Part shown: one piece after another, positions 46,060 to 58,168 of the stretch
Layout of the letters: each line of letters opens with the position of its first letter
How positions within the stretch are numbered: position 1 is the stretch's first letter
Assembly (NCBI GenBank): GCA_950097015.1
Contig: CATNEN010000038.1
Span: 13,330,001-13,394,000 of the forward strand
Source of the DNA: Macrostomum hystrix
Taxonomy: Eukaryota; Animalia; Platyhelminthes
DNA length: 64,000 nucleotides
Direction of reading: 5' to 3'
Position numbers and translations under genes: made by a program
The notes under the pieces: generated by a model
What the model was told of the DNA's origin: nothing
What the model saw: only the letters and a program-made list of their open reading frames with translations
The model's database searches: none

Positions 46060-49000
46060 GGCCTCTTCGATGTGGAATGCCTGTCTGAGCCTGATCCAGC
46101 TGCCGTCCTCCTACAATTCACTTCTGTGTTCCGCTCATTAGATATCGCTGGGGTCGTGAATTGTAATCGGGGTCGAATGGACATCTCTTTCAGTCGATTC
46201 GGTGATTGCGATGCGCGGTTGTCAATTAGGTGATGCATTATTTAAACTCCTAAATGTCAGGTACTCATGTAAATGCTTTTGTTTTGAGGCTTCGCTGAAT
46301 GAGATAATTAGATTCTCTTATGTTAGCTGATTAAAAATATTGATTAATGAGTTTCTTAAAAACATTTATCTTTCTGTAGTGTCTGCCACTTTTAGCATTG
46401 CTATCGCCTCACCAGTTGTGTGCCATGAGCTCCAATAAGTCTCTTATGTTACACTTGTGATTCTTATAAGTACTTATTACTTAGTCTCTGCCGACCATCA
46501 GTTTTTTCCGAAGGAAGCTTGAACTAAAATTCACGGGCTGATGTTTGGCGAACAAAAATCATCAAGTGTTCTTTTTGTTGCCCTGTCGTCAGTTTTTTGC
46601 ATCTGTTGTTTGTCATTATTGTCATCATTCTCATTTTCCCAAAACATTTCCCAAAGGAGTTTTGTATTAAAGCTTTATATGCGTGCCCTTCACATTTTAT
46701 GTACTTTGCCTTCGCACTGCCCTGTTACTGCTTGACATTGTGCAAAGCTCTCGTTTCTTCGACTGCCCAGGGATTAAAAAATTCTCGTGTAATATTCTAT
46801 TGTTTACACTGCGCTCGTATACCAGTTCATTATTTACTTATTTGTGTATTTCTGTGAGCTCAATTACCACATTCATGGCTTCTTATTTTCTGTCTGCTGT
46901 CATAAACAAACATTGTCACCGTAAGTTTTATACGCTTTAAGAACTATATTGGAGATTATTCGTCTTGATAATTAGTCCCGTTAGTCCTCGTCTATGTTGG
47001 AAGTAAAAATTTGGTTCAACAGTTGAAGCAAATACTGCATTGAGATTTCAGGTAGTTTCATTAGGAAGAGAGGCAACAAGTTGTAGCAGAGCTGTCAGCA
47101 ATTGCCCCATCCTACTTTTTCTTAGATCGAACAGCAAATCATCGATGATGACTTCATTAACTATTTTCATTGCTCTATTTTCAATCTTTATGCTTTCCCC
47201 TACAATGCACACATTGCATAAATTCTTGATTTCTAGTTAGTTTTCTCTTACGGCTTCAGTGTAGGCCAGCTCAGCGACACGTACATCGGATTACCTCTGC
47301 TCCACAACCAGGGTTTTATCTGTATCTCAAATTCCCTGTCCCCGCTTCACTCAGCGTGCTTGTGTTGCAGCTGTACACTATTGATCTTATACATCATTTG
47401 TGTGTAGCCGCACTGTGTAGTTCAGTTCTTAGCAATGTGTTTTGCTGGCTCTCTCTGCCTCCCCACGTCTGCCTATCCTTAAATTCAGTTTTTTAACTTT
47501 TCTCTCCCCCTCTTTTAGCTAACACAGTTTGACTTAGCAGGAGAGGGATTTGTGTGTATGGATGGATTTTAAGGAAAGAAGGGCAGAGATGGCCGATGGC
47601 TAAATTCTATGCAAGTGAAAGAAGAGTTTATTCAGAGCTGGGGAGAAAAGTGGATAGTATGCTGCAGGATAGGGGAGTTGGGCTCTATGAACATGTCTAG
47701 GTCGTTCTTTCTCTTCCCCTCTGAATAATCCTATTTTTTCTTTCCCACCCAAATCTAGTCCCTCTTCTAAAATTCTTTTTTCCTTTTAATGCGCCTTCGC
47801 AGTAAAAAAGAGGCGGAGAGGAAGGGAGAATGCGGCCACGATAACATGACATGTGCCTGCCCCGCATTCGTAATCATTTCTGCATGCATATCTACGCTTT
47901 GTCTTCCTCGGCTCTCTCCCATTCAGTCGTGCTCCATACGCCCGGCATTATTAATAGTGGGTATCCTTAAGGAATTAGAATTTTACATGAAGCGAAACGT
48001 ATAAGCTTTCTCTGTTTGTCTCTAGCGAGTTCTCTTATAGAAATAATTATTGCAATATATGTGCCTGCTGTATGCACAAGCGCGCGACGGAAAATTTGCA
48101 TAGTTTTCGTTTTTATTATTATAATATGTAAGCTTGCCGCCCTTCCATTTACCAAAATGCTTTAGGTTTGAAGGCTTTGGCGATATTTAGGCCACGTAAT
48201 AATAAGAAAAAATGAATGCAGCAGCATTAGCTGATTCTGTTCGCTTAGTGCAAATGGTAACGAATATAATATGTTCTCGTAAATATTAACAATTCTGGGA
48301 CAGTTTGTTTGAACATCCTTCCCTCTGGCACGGTTCAATTCGGTGTTACACAGCTTATGCGCTCGTAATTTGTATACATTAGAGTTATTCCAGTACAGCG
48401 GGAATAGCAGGCCTGCATTATTACTATATCTTTGGAGGCCTTTTAGTTGGTTATTTACCCGCACCGACCTTGTCATGCAGGCAGATCTTTCCCCAAATGT
48501 AAAAGCGGACTGGCACAGTCGGTGCGCAACCAACTGGCGATAAAAGGATAAGCGGTGTTGGTGACAGGCTACACTGCAACAGGCTATGCAAGCAGTATAC
48601 ATGTATACTGTATAGTAAGAAAAACTCAGGTGCAGTGGGCTTGTTCACTGTGTAATGTGTAGTTTTTTTAAACCATTAATACAATCTCTCTTAGTGTTTG
48701 GTGGCGCGCACCCCTGTGCCATTTATTTTCTTTCTATTTGTGCGCTTGCGTTACTCTGCTTAGCTTTGTAGGGAGGGTAATATAGTTTTTAGCTGAATTG
48801 TGTTCCCCCGCAGCTCCTGACCTCGAGAAGAACCGTGGGTGGAGGCCGCAGTCCCTGCTCCTGCCTCTATTTTTAAACTTACAAACTACAATCGCATAGT
48901 TATACAGGCAATACATATTTAACTGTGACCTGGGTTGCACTTTGTATTTATTATTTTGTGTGCTAGGGGCAGGGATAGAGAGATATGTTCTAAATAGAGT

Positions 49001-52000
49001 GGCGTGTATGTGCGGGCTAGCTTTTACGAGCGCTGCAGCAGCACCAGCAGTCGTATGCAGCTCTACGTACAGACAGTGCAGCACTGTTTTTACTGTACAT
49101 TACATACTGCAGGGCAGAGCGGGTTTACGACTAAGAGTAATGTAAGTAGGAAAATGTCTAACTAGGTTTAGCGCAACCATTGATGGGCATATTTGCTGTT
49201 ACCTCAATTCTGTTTAAAAATGCATTCATCTCTGTAAAGGAATGTACACAATTACACTTTTCGAACATATACAATGCCGGCGCCTCTCTCTTGGCTGGCA
49301 GTGCATTATAGCTTTCATAATATCTTCTCTGGGAAGGTTTTGTTGGCCTGTATACTGCAATTTGTATACTGCAATAATATAAACATATTAAGCGAAATGG
49401 CAGTGAACGCGCATAAATTTTTAGTTCAGCCAAAAATCAGTGAATCAGATATAAATTTAAGACAACGGAGTGAAATAAATTTCAGGTTATATAGTGTAGT
49501 GCTTTATTTATACGAGCTCATTGTTTAATTTTCTATTGTGCTTAGCTGCGCTTTTATTTACTTTTAATTGTACGTTTGTCAAATTCAATTTTCGTAGTTT
49601 CGCATAGTACGTATTAACCTAACTACGTATTAGACAAGTGCATTGAATCATCATAGAGGCTTATTTTTCATGTATTGGGTGATGGCAGTGCGTCTCGCAA
49701 ATTTTCTCCTGGGAATTTGGGAGCAACAGTTCTTTAATATCCCAATCTGACTGAAATAATAATGCATGCTTAGTGAGTCACCGTTTCACAACTGACTCCA
49801 CTCCCTCGCTGATTCTCTACACGTATATTTTGCCTGTATCCCAATGCGATCTATTTGCCCTGTCCATGCATTGTTGTGAACATCCCTAAACATTTGTTTT
49901 TGCAAATAAAATGCAGCAGGTCTTGCAGCTCCTTCTCAGGTCGTAATATCCGTAGCATTAGTACACAACTGTGCACGCCCAGGCACAATAACTCCCTAAA
50001 GCTAGTATTTCTGATTGTCCAGGCTCTATACCTCACTATCCAGTATCCAGCATCCAGTTTTGAATAGATTGCTTGATTTCTCACGTGTCCTGATTCGCAC
50101 ATTTAAACAATTAGGCTACCGTGTCACAGGCTTTGTTTTCTCATTTGCATATATTTGCTTCTTGTGCTTTTTTCCTCAGTAGGCAATCAAGACAACGACA
50201 GAGTTTCGTTGGCTTGTGCAGGAGCTAGATTTCATAACTACAAACATTTTATCTCTTTTTTCTTATTGAAATTTTACTTGCGTCATTTTCTCTCAATCTG
50301 TGGTACATAAGTTTGTTACCTTACAGTTCCGCTACCTGCTTTCTCCCTGAATTGTCTGTAAATTCGTGCAAGCACTACTGTCAGTAGCTTAACCCGACCC
50401 ACGTTTATTTTAGCAGCACAATTGCTGGCAAATGTTCTACGTTCGATTTATTTGTCTTTTGTCTCTGTGCCACCTTTCACAGCTCCAACCGCTGCTGAAA
50501 ATATTCACTTTCTATCTCTAAGTACCATATGTACCATTGTTACTGTTTCGTTTCTACACGCGACCTCCCTATCTCATCTGGCTTTGTAAACTTCTTTGCC
50601 CCTGCTACCTATCGACTTCCTCGCTTTCTCCTCCCCCTTGTCAATCTGTCGTACTCGATGTAAAAATATTGTTGTTCAGCTTCTTTTCTACTTCTGGCAT
50701 GTTTATTTTTACTGTGTACAACTTATTATTTATCCGACAAATATACATAACTGTGTGTCCGTCTGTCAGTCAGTATGTTTTCGTGATGTTCGCGTACCAC
50801 TGTGTGCTACTCAAAGGCCTCATTCTTTTAGCATATACTTGCACAGAGAAAGCCGCTTCGGTGAGAAAACAGATCACTTTGTGCTTACTTCTATTTATTT
50901 AAATTCATTATACTTCAGTACATAATGTGTACTGTCAGTACACAGTAGTTTTATAACAACTGAAAGGATACGGTAAAGATACGGTACGTATGATCAATTA
51001 ATATATATTTTTAAATAGTAAATTTAAAGTTAAAGTTAAATTTACATTGTCAAATTATATTTCATTGGCTGACTACGACAAGTAAGCGTCTTAGCAAATT
51101 GTCATAGCAAATAACAATTAAGTCAGTTTTATTCATTAATTCAGGAATTCAAGAACGATGGCTCACTGATTGATATATGAAATTATGGGAGGTCAATTCT
51201 CACATGACTGAACATAATTCTCGCGATTATGCAGCACCGTAAAAAGGTTATTAACTGACTAAGTAGAGCATGTCAATTTTAAGGTGTGGTGCTATGCGAC
51301 TGCACAAATGAAAAGCCTGCAGAGATCGCATTGAAAACTTGAACAACCGCAAAAACAAAGTTGTTCTTTTTGCGTTCCAAAAAATCTTCCTAATTGTTAA
51401 GCTACTATAAAAATATCTACCCGAAAAAGATCAGCAGAGGGAGATAATTTCACAGAAATCAATCATTACAATCGGATGCAAGCCTGAGTGAAGAAAGAGA
51501 TTAAAAAGGAGGCCATTTGGCATACAATAAAAGGTAAAATGAATGAAATTACTGAACACTGGCTCATCATTTAAAAATTGAATTTAATGATATAAAGTGA
51601 TATAAAGCATAAAGACAGTTTGAATTAAAGAGTAGCGATACTCAAGCAACGATAAGAAGCGATACGAACAATGCCAAATTTTGATAAAATTTAATCAGAA
51701 TTTTCGAATAAAATAATTTAGCACTGTAAATTAGACGCCAATAGCTAAGGCGCCAAAACGATGCAAAACTACGAAAATTGAATTAGACAAACGTACGAGT
51801 ACAATTAAAAGTAAATAAAAGCGCAGCTAAGCACAATAGAAATTCAACAAGACTAGAAAAACACGAAGCGAGTGTACAGAGAAGTTTTCGAAGTATTACT
51901 TGTAATTCTATAAGGTTCTATTCTATTGCCTTCATACGAACTAATGGAGTAGATGTTAACGCAATATGCACACGACGCGACTAACGCGATGTGCGCGAGA

Positions 52001-52310
52001 TGCTTGCACACACAGCGCACACAAAATACGTATTAACAGCATGGATAATTTTTTACAAAAGAAAGGCTTAAATTTGTTTAAAAAACACTGACTGCATTGC
52101 TATATTTCAGGCGATCTATGGGATTCGGTTCAAATTGCCTGAGTTGCAAGAGCTTTGACGTTTAGTCATCAGGGTGGAGTCAAATGAACCATTATAAACA
52201 GTGACAGATAAAGTCAGCTGACTCAGAAGGTGCCCTCGAGTCGGACGATCAAGTGGTCAGATCGCTTGATTCAGCGGTCGCTGACTAGAGTCGAAGATAA
52301 AAACCTTGGG

Positions 52311-54782
52311 CTAAGCAGAGGTGCCAGACTGCTGCTTCTGCTGCAGGTCGCTAACAGGCAAGCTCTGCAAAAGATCATCGAGCAGCTTTAGCGGGAGGTG
52401 CAGCTGCACTTCAATCCAGCAAGGCGCCTCCTGTATCGTCTTGCGCGGATAATCCTTGCCCCAGCCCTTCACAAAGCTCAGGCGCAGTTGGCACAGATGC
52501 TGCCGCAGTTCGTCAACGGCGGCGCCCTGAAACCGGGGAGGGCCACCCGACTGGCCGGTGGCATCCCTATGGGCGTGCTGGATTGCCTGGGTTCTCATGT
52601 CCGAGTAGCACTGCCGCATGTCAAACACCTGATCGAAGTGACGGTGATGTGGCAGGTGCAGAATTTCTATTTTCTACACAAGTAGAAAAAGCGCTGCCTA
52701 ACACGAAATGTAGAGAAAGGGGTTCAAATATAGGATATTTATGAGCATAAATTGCTAAGTCCTTTTATTGTAAAAATAAATATATGAGGGATTTAAAATG
52801 TCTTGCTATTATTTTTAGAGTTTTGGCTTAGCAAAGTTTTTTATGTTCCATATAAAGTCGACCAGAGGTGTCTCATTGGCGGCTCCTACCTTGATAGGAG
52901 CAGCGTCCTACCTTGATATTGGTCTCCGGATAGATTTTGTGCACCACATCGCCAGATGTCCGTCCAGCCTCTCGGTCTAGAAAGGCCGTGCTGGCGAACA
53001 CAGCATACTTGGAGAGCACCTGAAGCCAGACGTCGCCCTCGCCGTGCAGGCTAAGCTGGACACCCTTGCCGATGTGCAGGCGAGCTCGTTCGACAGCCTC
53101 GCTGCGATAAACGTTGCTTAGCTGGCCAAGGCAGAAGCGGTGACTAGAAGACGGCTCAGTGTAGCCGTCAATAGTTACCTTGGACTGCTGGTAGGGTACT
53201 TTAAAGGTATCGCCGATCTGCGGAAGATTTTGATGAGAAATTTAATGGCTTGGATACTGCCAAACGGCGTGTGAATAGAGACAAGCTCAGAAATAAAAAG
53301 AATTGAATCTAACTATAAAGCAAAAAATAAGCTGCTATTTTATATGATGTAGTACAAAGTTACGAGTATATACACAAGTACACAAGTTCGCAAGCCTTAC
53401 CCGCTCAGACTGCTCATAGTAGGCAATGCTGCACCAGTAGAGCAGCTGCTGCTGCAGAGGCAGAGATGGCAGCGAGCCAGACTGTATAGGCTTCGGCACA
53501 GTGGACGGAGACGCAGTGGCGCTGATGACAGTCGGCTGCGGCAGTAGCGCAGGTGGCAGAGGCGGGGACACGGCTTCGATGCCTCCGTTGTGATCTTCGG
53601 CGGGCAGTGAGTCGTCGTCCAGGCTGAGCGCGGACAGCTCCAGGCCGGTGCAGGCGATTCGCTCATAGTGGAAAGGATTGACGCACACAGCGTCTTGCTT
53701 GAGGTCGAAGGCGTACTGGCACTGGCGGGTGTGCTTCAGCTCGTTCTTATGAAGGTCCGGCCAGCGCCAGATTCTGGCATAAACCACATGCGGGAAGCCC
53801 TTGCGGCCCGCTACCTTGAGAGGGTTGTGGCGTTTGCCTTGCTGGTCAGAATGGAGCACTAAGGCGACAAAGCAAGCTTATAGAAGGGTAGGCGCCCACA
53901 ACAGGCAGACATGGACACCCACAACAGGCAGACATGGACACCCACAACAGGCAGACATGGACACCCACAACAGGCAGACATGGACACCCACAACAGGCAG
54001 ACATGGACACCCACAACAGGCAGACATGGACACCCACAACAGGCAGACATGGACACCCACAACTGGCAGACATGGACACCCACAACAGGCAGACATGGAC
54101 ACCCACAACATGCAGATATGGACACCCACAACAGGCAGACACGGACACTAATGAAGGTAGGCATGAGGTGGGAATGCACAGAATGCATTTCGACATTGGA
54201 ACCTAATACTGTGAGATCCAAGAAATGCTATTTTGCTTATATAAGTACGAGTATTAGCTAGTTTTTTTGTTTTCATCCCTAAAACATTTCAGTTAGAGAT
54301 GGATGCTGCATCGTCCGGGTAGTTTTCCATTTTTCAATGCTGCATTCTATCGCAGTTAAAAACCGCAAACTACGAGTAATAACCGCAACACCAAACCATA
54401 ATGAAAAAACGATGGAGTCAGAGGCGGGCAAAAGGTAAAGGAGTAGACCACGCAGACAGACCTGCAACCGGCCATCCAGAGTCCTAGGAATTGTGACGCA
54501 TATGCCTGGCTGTGCTCCACTAGACGTGACAGCGAGAATCAAGGCGTCCAGCTCGTCGCGTTTATCTTTCAGCTTCTTGACAAGGGACTCAACGGCCTTG
54601 CGGCTGAAACTCTCTGACTCAGCACCACCTTGTCGGTGGCACATCAGCGAGTGCACAATGGACAAGCAGGCATCTGATGACGTTACAGGTGACGCAACGC
54701 CAGCAGCGGAGGCCGGGGAGGCTGCGGCGCTCGCGACAGGAGCCAGGGACAGCAGCTGCTGCTGCTGCGACTGACTTGGAAT
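52311..54782 (-). CDS. SMAD4: Co-Smad (Smad4/Medea); exons 54782-54462, 53814-53401, 53217-52912, 52628-52311; start exon unresolved
   Basis: MH1 ([63 protein letters not shown]), MH2 ([46 protein letters not shown]). No C-terminal SSxS. Confidence 0.96.
53895..54147. repeat. 23-bp minisatellite x11 (cccacaacaggcagacatggaca) in a Smad4 intron
   Basis: Near-perfect tandem units. The ORF track shows a 23-aa periodicity. Confidence 0.95.
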
Positions 54783-55049
54783 CTGCAAGTCAGACAATTG
54801 TAATTGTAAGCTAAAGAAAGTGCTGCGTACCAGATAATGAGCATATCTAACAGGAAAGTTCTGAAAACGCCATGTGGGGAAGATGGAATACATATGCCCG
54901 ATTACTATTGCTACTAAAGAACTGAAATTTGAATGGCCATACTATGCGATTATCAGGTATAGCAGAAATAGTAAAAGTACACGGGGCTTTTTTGACAAAC
55001 TGTCAGTCCATGGACACCCACGTGCTTGGACAAATTCTTACTCCAACTA

Positions 55050-55190
55050 ATAATGGCACCCATTTTAAAGTTGGGTGAAATACAGCGATGTAAATAAAAG
55101 TACCAATTGTTTCTCTTGGACAAAGACTCGAATTCCCGACCTCTTAGCCAGAAATTATTAGCTGTAACCAGAGGGCTACAAGCTATCCGC
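55050..55190 (-). mobile_element. Degenerate tRNA-derived SINE
   Basis: The minus strand has a tRNA-like head (tagc...tggtta...ggtcgggaattcgagtc) followed by cacccaactttaaaatgggtgcc, a common SINE core-like motif. Confidence 0.35.
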
Positions 55191-55640
55191 AATGATATCT
55201 TAGCTTACAAAAAGTTACGTATAAATGAAACCGAAAACAGTAAGAAAAAACTAAATAGGATTTTGCAAAGCGAAGAGGCATTTTATTTAATCAACAGGAT
55301 GTGTTGTGCCAAATAAAAACACAGCGTGATACGTTTTTTGCAGTTTTTTAATTAGGAAAACCAGGTCAGCTAAGGTTGATAAAAAGTATTTTGAGTAGGC
55401 CGGTAATGTCAGTTCAAAGAACTCGCGCACTATAGCTGACAGCATAATTTTAATTGTTGTACATATTTCAGACGCTGCAAAACACAGAAAAGCTAACCAT
55501 ACGATGGCACGTCTGCAGCAGTTGGCTAGGGAAAAACTGCCTATACAGCAGGTGCTTCATTAACACGTAATCTTATTGAAGTGTTTGCAGAACAGGATTG
55601 AAAAAACTGTTGTAAGATGGTAGACAAGACCACATTTTTA

Positions 55641-56935
55641 GTGGGTATGGATTTAGGAAAGAGAACACTGGGTTTTGGTTATGCGTTTAGGAAAGAGAAC
55701 ACTGGGCTTTGGTTATGCGTTTAGGAAAGAGAACACTGGGCTTTGGTTATGCGTTAAGGAAAGAGAACACTGGGCTTTGGTTATGCGTTAAGGAAAGAGA
55801 ACACTGGGCTTTGGTTATGCGTTTAGGAAAGAGAACACTGGGTTTTGGTTATGCGTTTAGGAAAGAGAACACTGGGCTTTGGTTATGCGTTAAGGAAAGA
55901 GAACACTGGGCTTTGGTTATGCGTTTAGGAAAGAGAACACAGGGTTTTGGGTATGGGTTTAGGAAAGAGAACTCTGGGTTTTGGTTATGGGTTTAGGAAA
56001 GAGAACTCTGGGTTTTGGGTATGGGTTTAGGAAAGAGAACTCTGGGTTTTGGGTATGGGTTTAGGAAAGAGAACTCTGGGTTTTGGGTATGGGTTTAGGA
56101 AAGAGAACTCTGGGTTTTGGTTATGGGTTTAGGAAAGAGAACACTGGGTTTTGGGTATGGGTTTAAGAAAGAGAACTCTGGGTTTTGGGTATGGGTTTAG
56201 GAAAGAGAACTCTGGGTTTTGGGTATGGGTTTAAGAAAGAGAACTCTGGGTTTTGGGTATGGGTTTAGGAAAGAGAACTCTGGGTTTTGGTTATGGGTTT
56301 AGGAAAGAGAACACTGGGCTTTGGTTATGCGTTTAGGAAAGAGAACTCTGGGTTTTGGTTATGCGTTTAGGAAAGAGAACACAGGGTTTTGGGTATGGGT
56401 TTAGGAAAGAGAACTCTGGGTTTTGGTTATGGGTTTAGGAAAGAGAACTCTGGGTTTTGGTTATGGGTTTAGGAAAGAGAACACAGGGTTTTGGGTATGG
56501 GTTTAGGAAAGAGAACTCTGGGTTTTGGTTATGGGTTTAGGAAAGAGAACTCTGGGTTTTGGTTATGGGTTTAGGAAAGAGAACTCTGGGTTTTGGGTAT
56601 GGGTTTAGGAAAGAGAACTCTGGGTTTTGGGTATGGGTTTAAGAAAGAGAACTCTGGGTTTTGGGTATGGGTTTAGGAAAGAGAACTCTGGGTTTGGGTT
56701 ATGGGTTTAGGAAAGAGAACTCTGGGTTTTGGATATGGGTTTACGAAAGAGAACTCTTGGTTTTGGGTATGGGTTTAGGAAAGAGAACTCTGGGTTTTGG
56801 TTATGGGTTTAGGAAAGAGAACTCTGGGTTTTGGTTATGGGTTTAGGAAAGAGAACTCTGGGTTTTGGGTATGGGTTTAGGAAAGAGAACTCTGGGTTTT
56901 GGGTATGGGTTTAGGAAAGAAAACACAGGGTTTTA
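55641..56935. repeat. 34-bp G-rich minisatellite, ~38 copies (gggttttggKtatgggtttaggaaagagaactct)
   Basis: aggaaagagaac recurs every 34 bp. Confidence 0.97.
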
Positions 56936-57926
56936 GTTTTGCCGGAACAATGGAATGATGTTAAATTTTACTGGCTTTATACCAAATTATTTATTTAATT
57001 GATAAACTTATTAAAAACACCCGAGCAGTTGCTGTAGCACAAAAAGGAAACTAGAAAGGAATAAGAAAGCATTTAGCTGTTAACCAATAAAAGTACTAAC
57101 CGCAAATCAGGTGACAGAGACAAAAGAGAAAACACTGTCCTCATTTTACAAGCCGAATGAAACACGCAAATAGCATAGATAAAAAAGGCCACGAGAAATT
57201 ATACATTTTTTAGTTTGCACAGAATTTCTTACCATGTTTATTAGTTGTGTTCAGGATAAAACTACAGTCAATCAAATGTATGCTCAGACAGGACTAGCCA
57301 GAAGTAAAATATTAAATATATTAAAGAATTGACAGTGAAAATCTCATGGGAAAAAGACAATAAGTTCTTACACAAAAAACAGCGGAATGTTTTGTTAAGA
57401 AGACATACAGACTGGGAGTGTGTAGGTAGAAAAGCCTGAAACTTACTGGACTCAAAGGACGGATATAATATCTTACTATCGGTGCGCAACAATGCTCGAC
57501 CTCAATTACCCAGGTTGAAGCAATAACACGCAGCTGCTCAACAGGCCACTATTAGTAATAGTGATATACGAAAAAAGCTACTTAGGCATTTTTCTAAAAT
57601 GAAATATAAGCATATCGTATACTGAAATAGTGCAAAGTAAAGATGAAAAAGGTAAAAGAAACTGAGATTGAAAAACAAGAAAAAAACTGGCGTCCCTCTG
57701 ACAAGTTTCATAACAATGAGATACACCATAAAAACACCAGCTACGGCCTGTCATTATAATTGGAGTATTAGAATTCCTAATTAATTTTTATATAAAAAAT
57801 ATCGATACCTTAAGTTTATACACTGCCCACAGTCAAAAGAAATATTTTTCTTATTCATACGTTTGTTGATAATGAAAAGAAGCGTCATAAAATGTAAGAG
57901 AATTGTCCATGCGCTCTTTAACAGCC

Positions 57927-58130
57927 TCACTCGTTTTCCTCAGCCGTAGCATTCTTCAGAGTGACCGTGACGAAGCCATTGTTGCTTTTGCCGTCAGCCG
58001 AGGACACCTCGTACTGGTCAGCATCCGCTACGCTGCCTCCAATGAGGTCGGCTGCGTGCTCAGGTCCGGACAGGGTTTCCAGAAGCTCAGAGCGAAGGTC
58101 AGCTGGAGCTGCTGATGGCTCAGCAGCCTC

Positions 58131-58168
<38 letters not shown>

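Noticed and set aside
46052-46240. CAG|GTGTGA as a further donor extending the zinc-finger gene
   Set aside because: An in-frame stop follows immediately and no convincing downstream exon was found. Needs RNA-seq.
46500-51000. Numerous 60-146 aa ORFs
   Set aside because: Many alternative start codons, low-complexity AT-rich translations and no motifs, consistent with non-coding DNA.
53801-54261. Multiple overlapping ORFs with periodic Cys/His-rich translation
   Set aside because: They are artefacts of the stop-free 23-bp tandem repeat in a Smad4 intron.
55641-56935. CRISPR-like array or true telomere
   Set aside because: Units are head-to-tail with no unique spacers and no cas genes, and there is no pure (TTAGGG)n tract.
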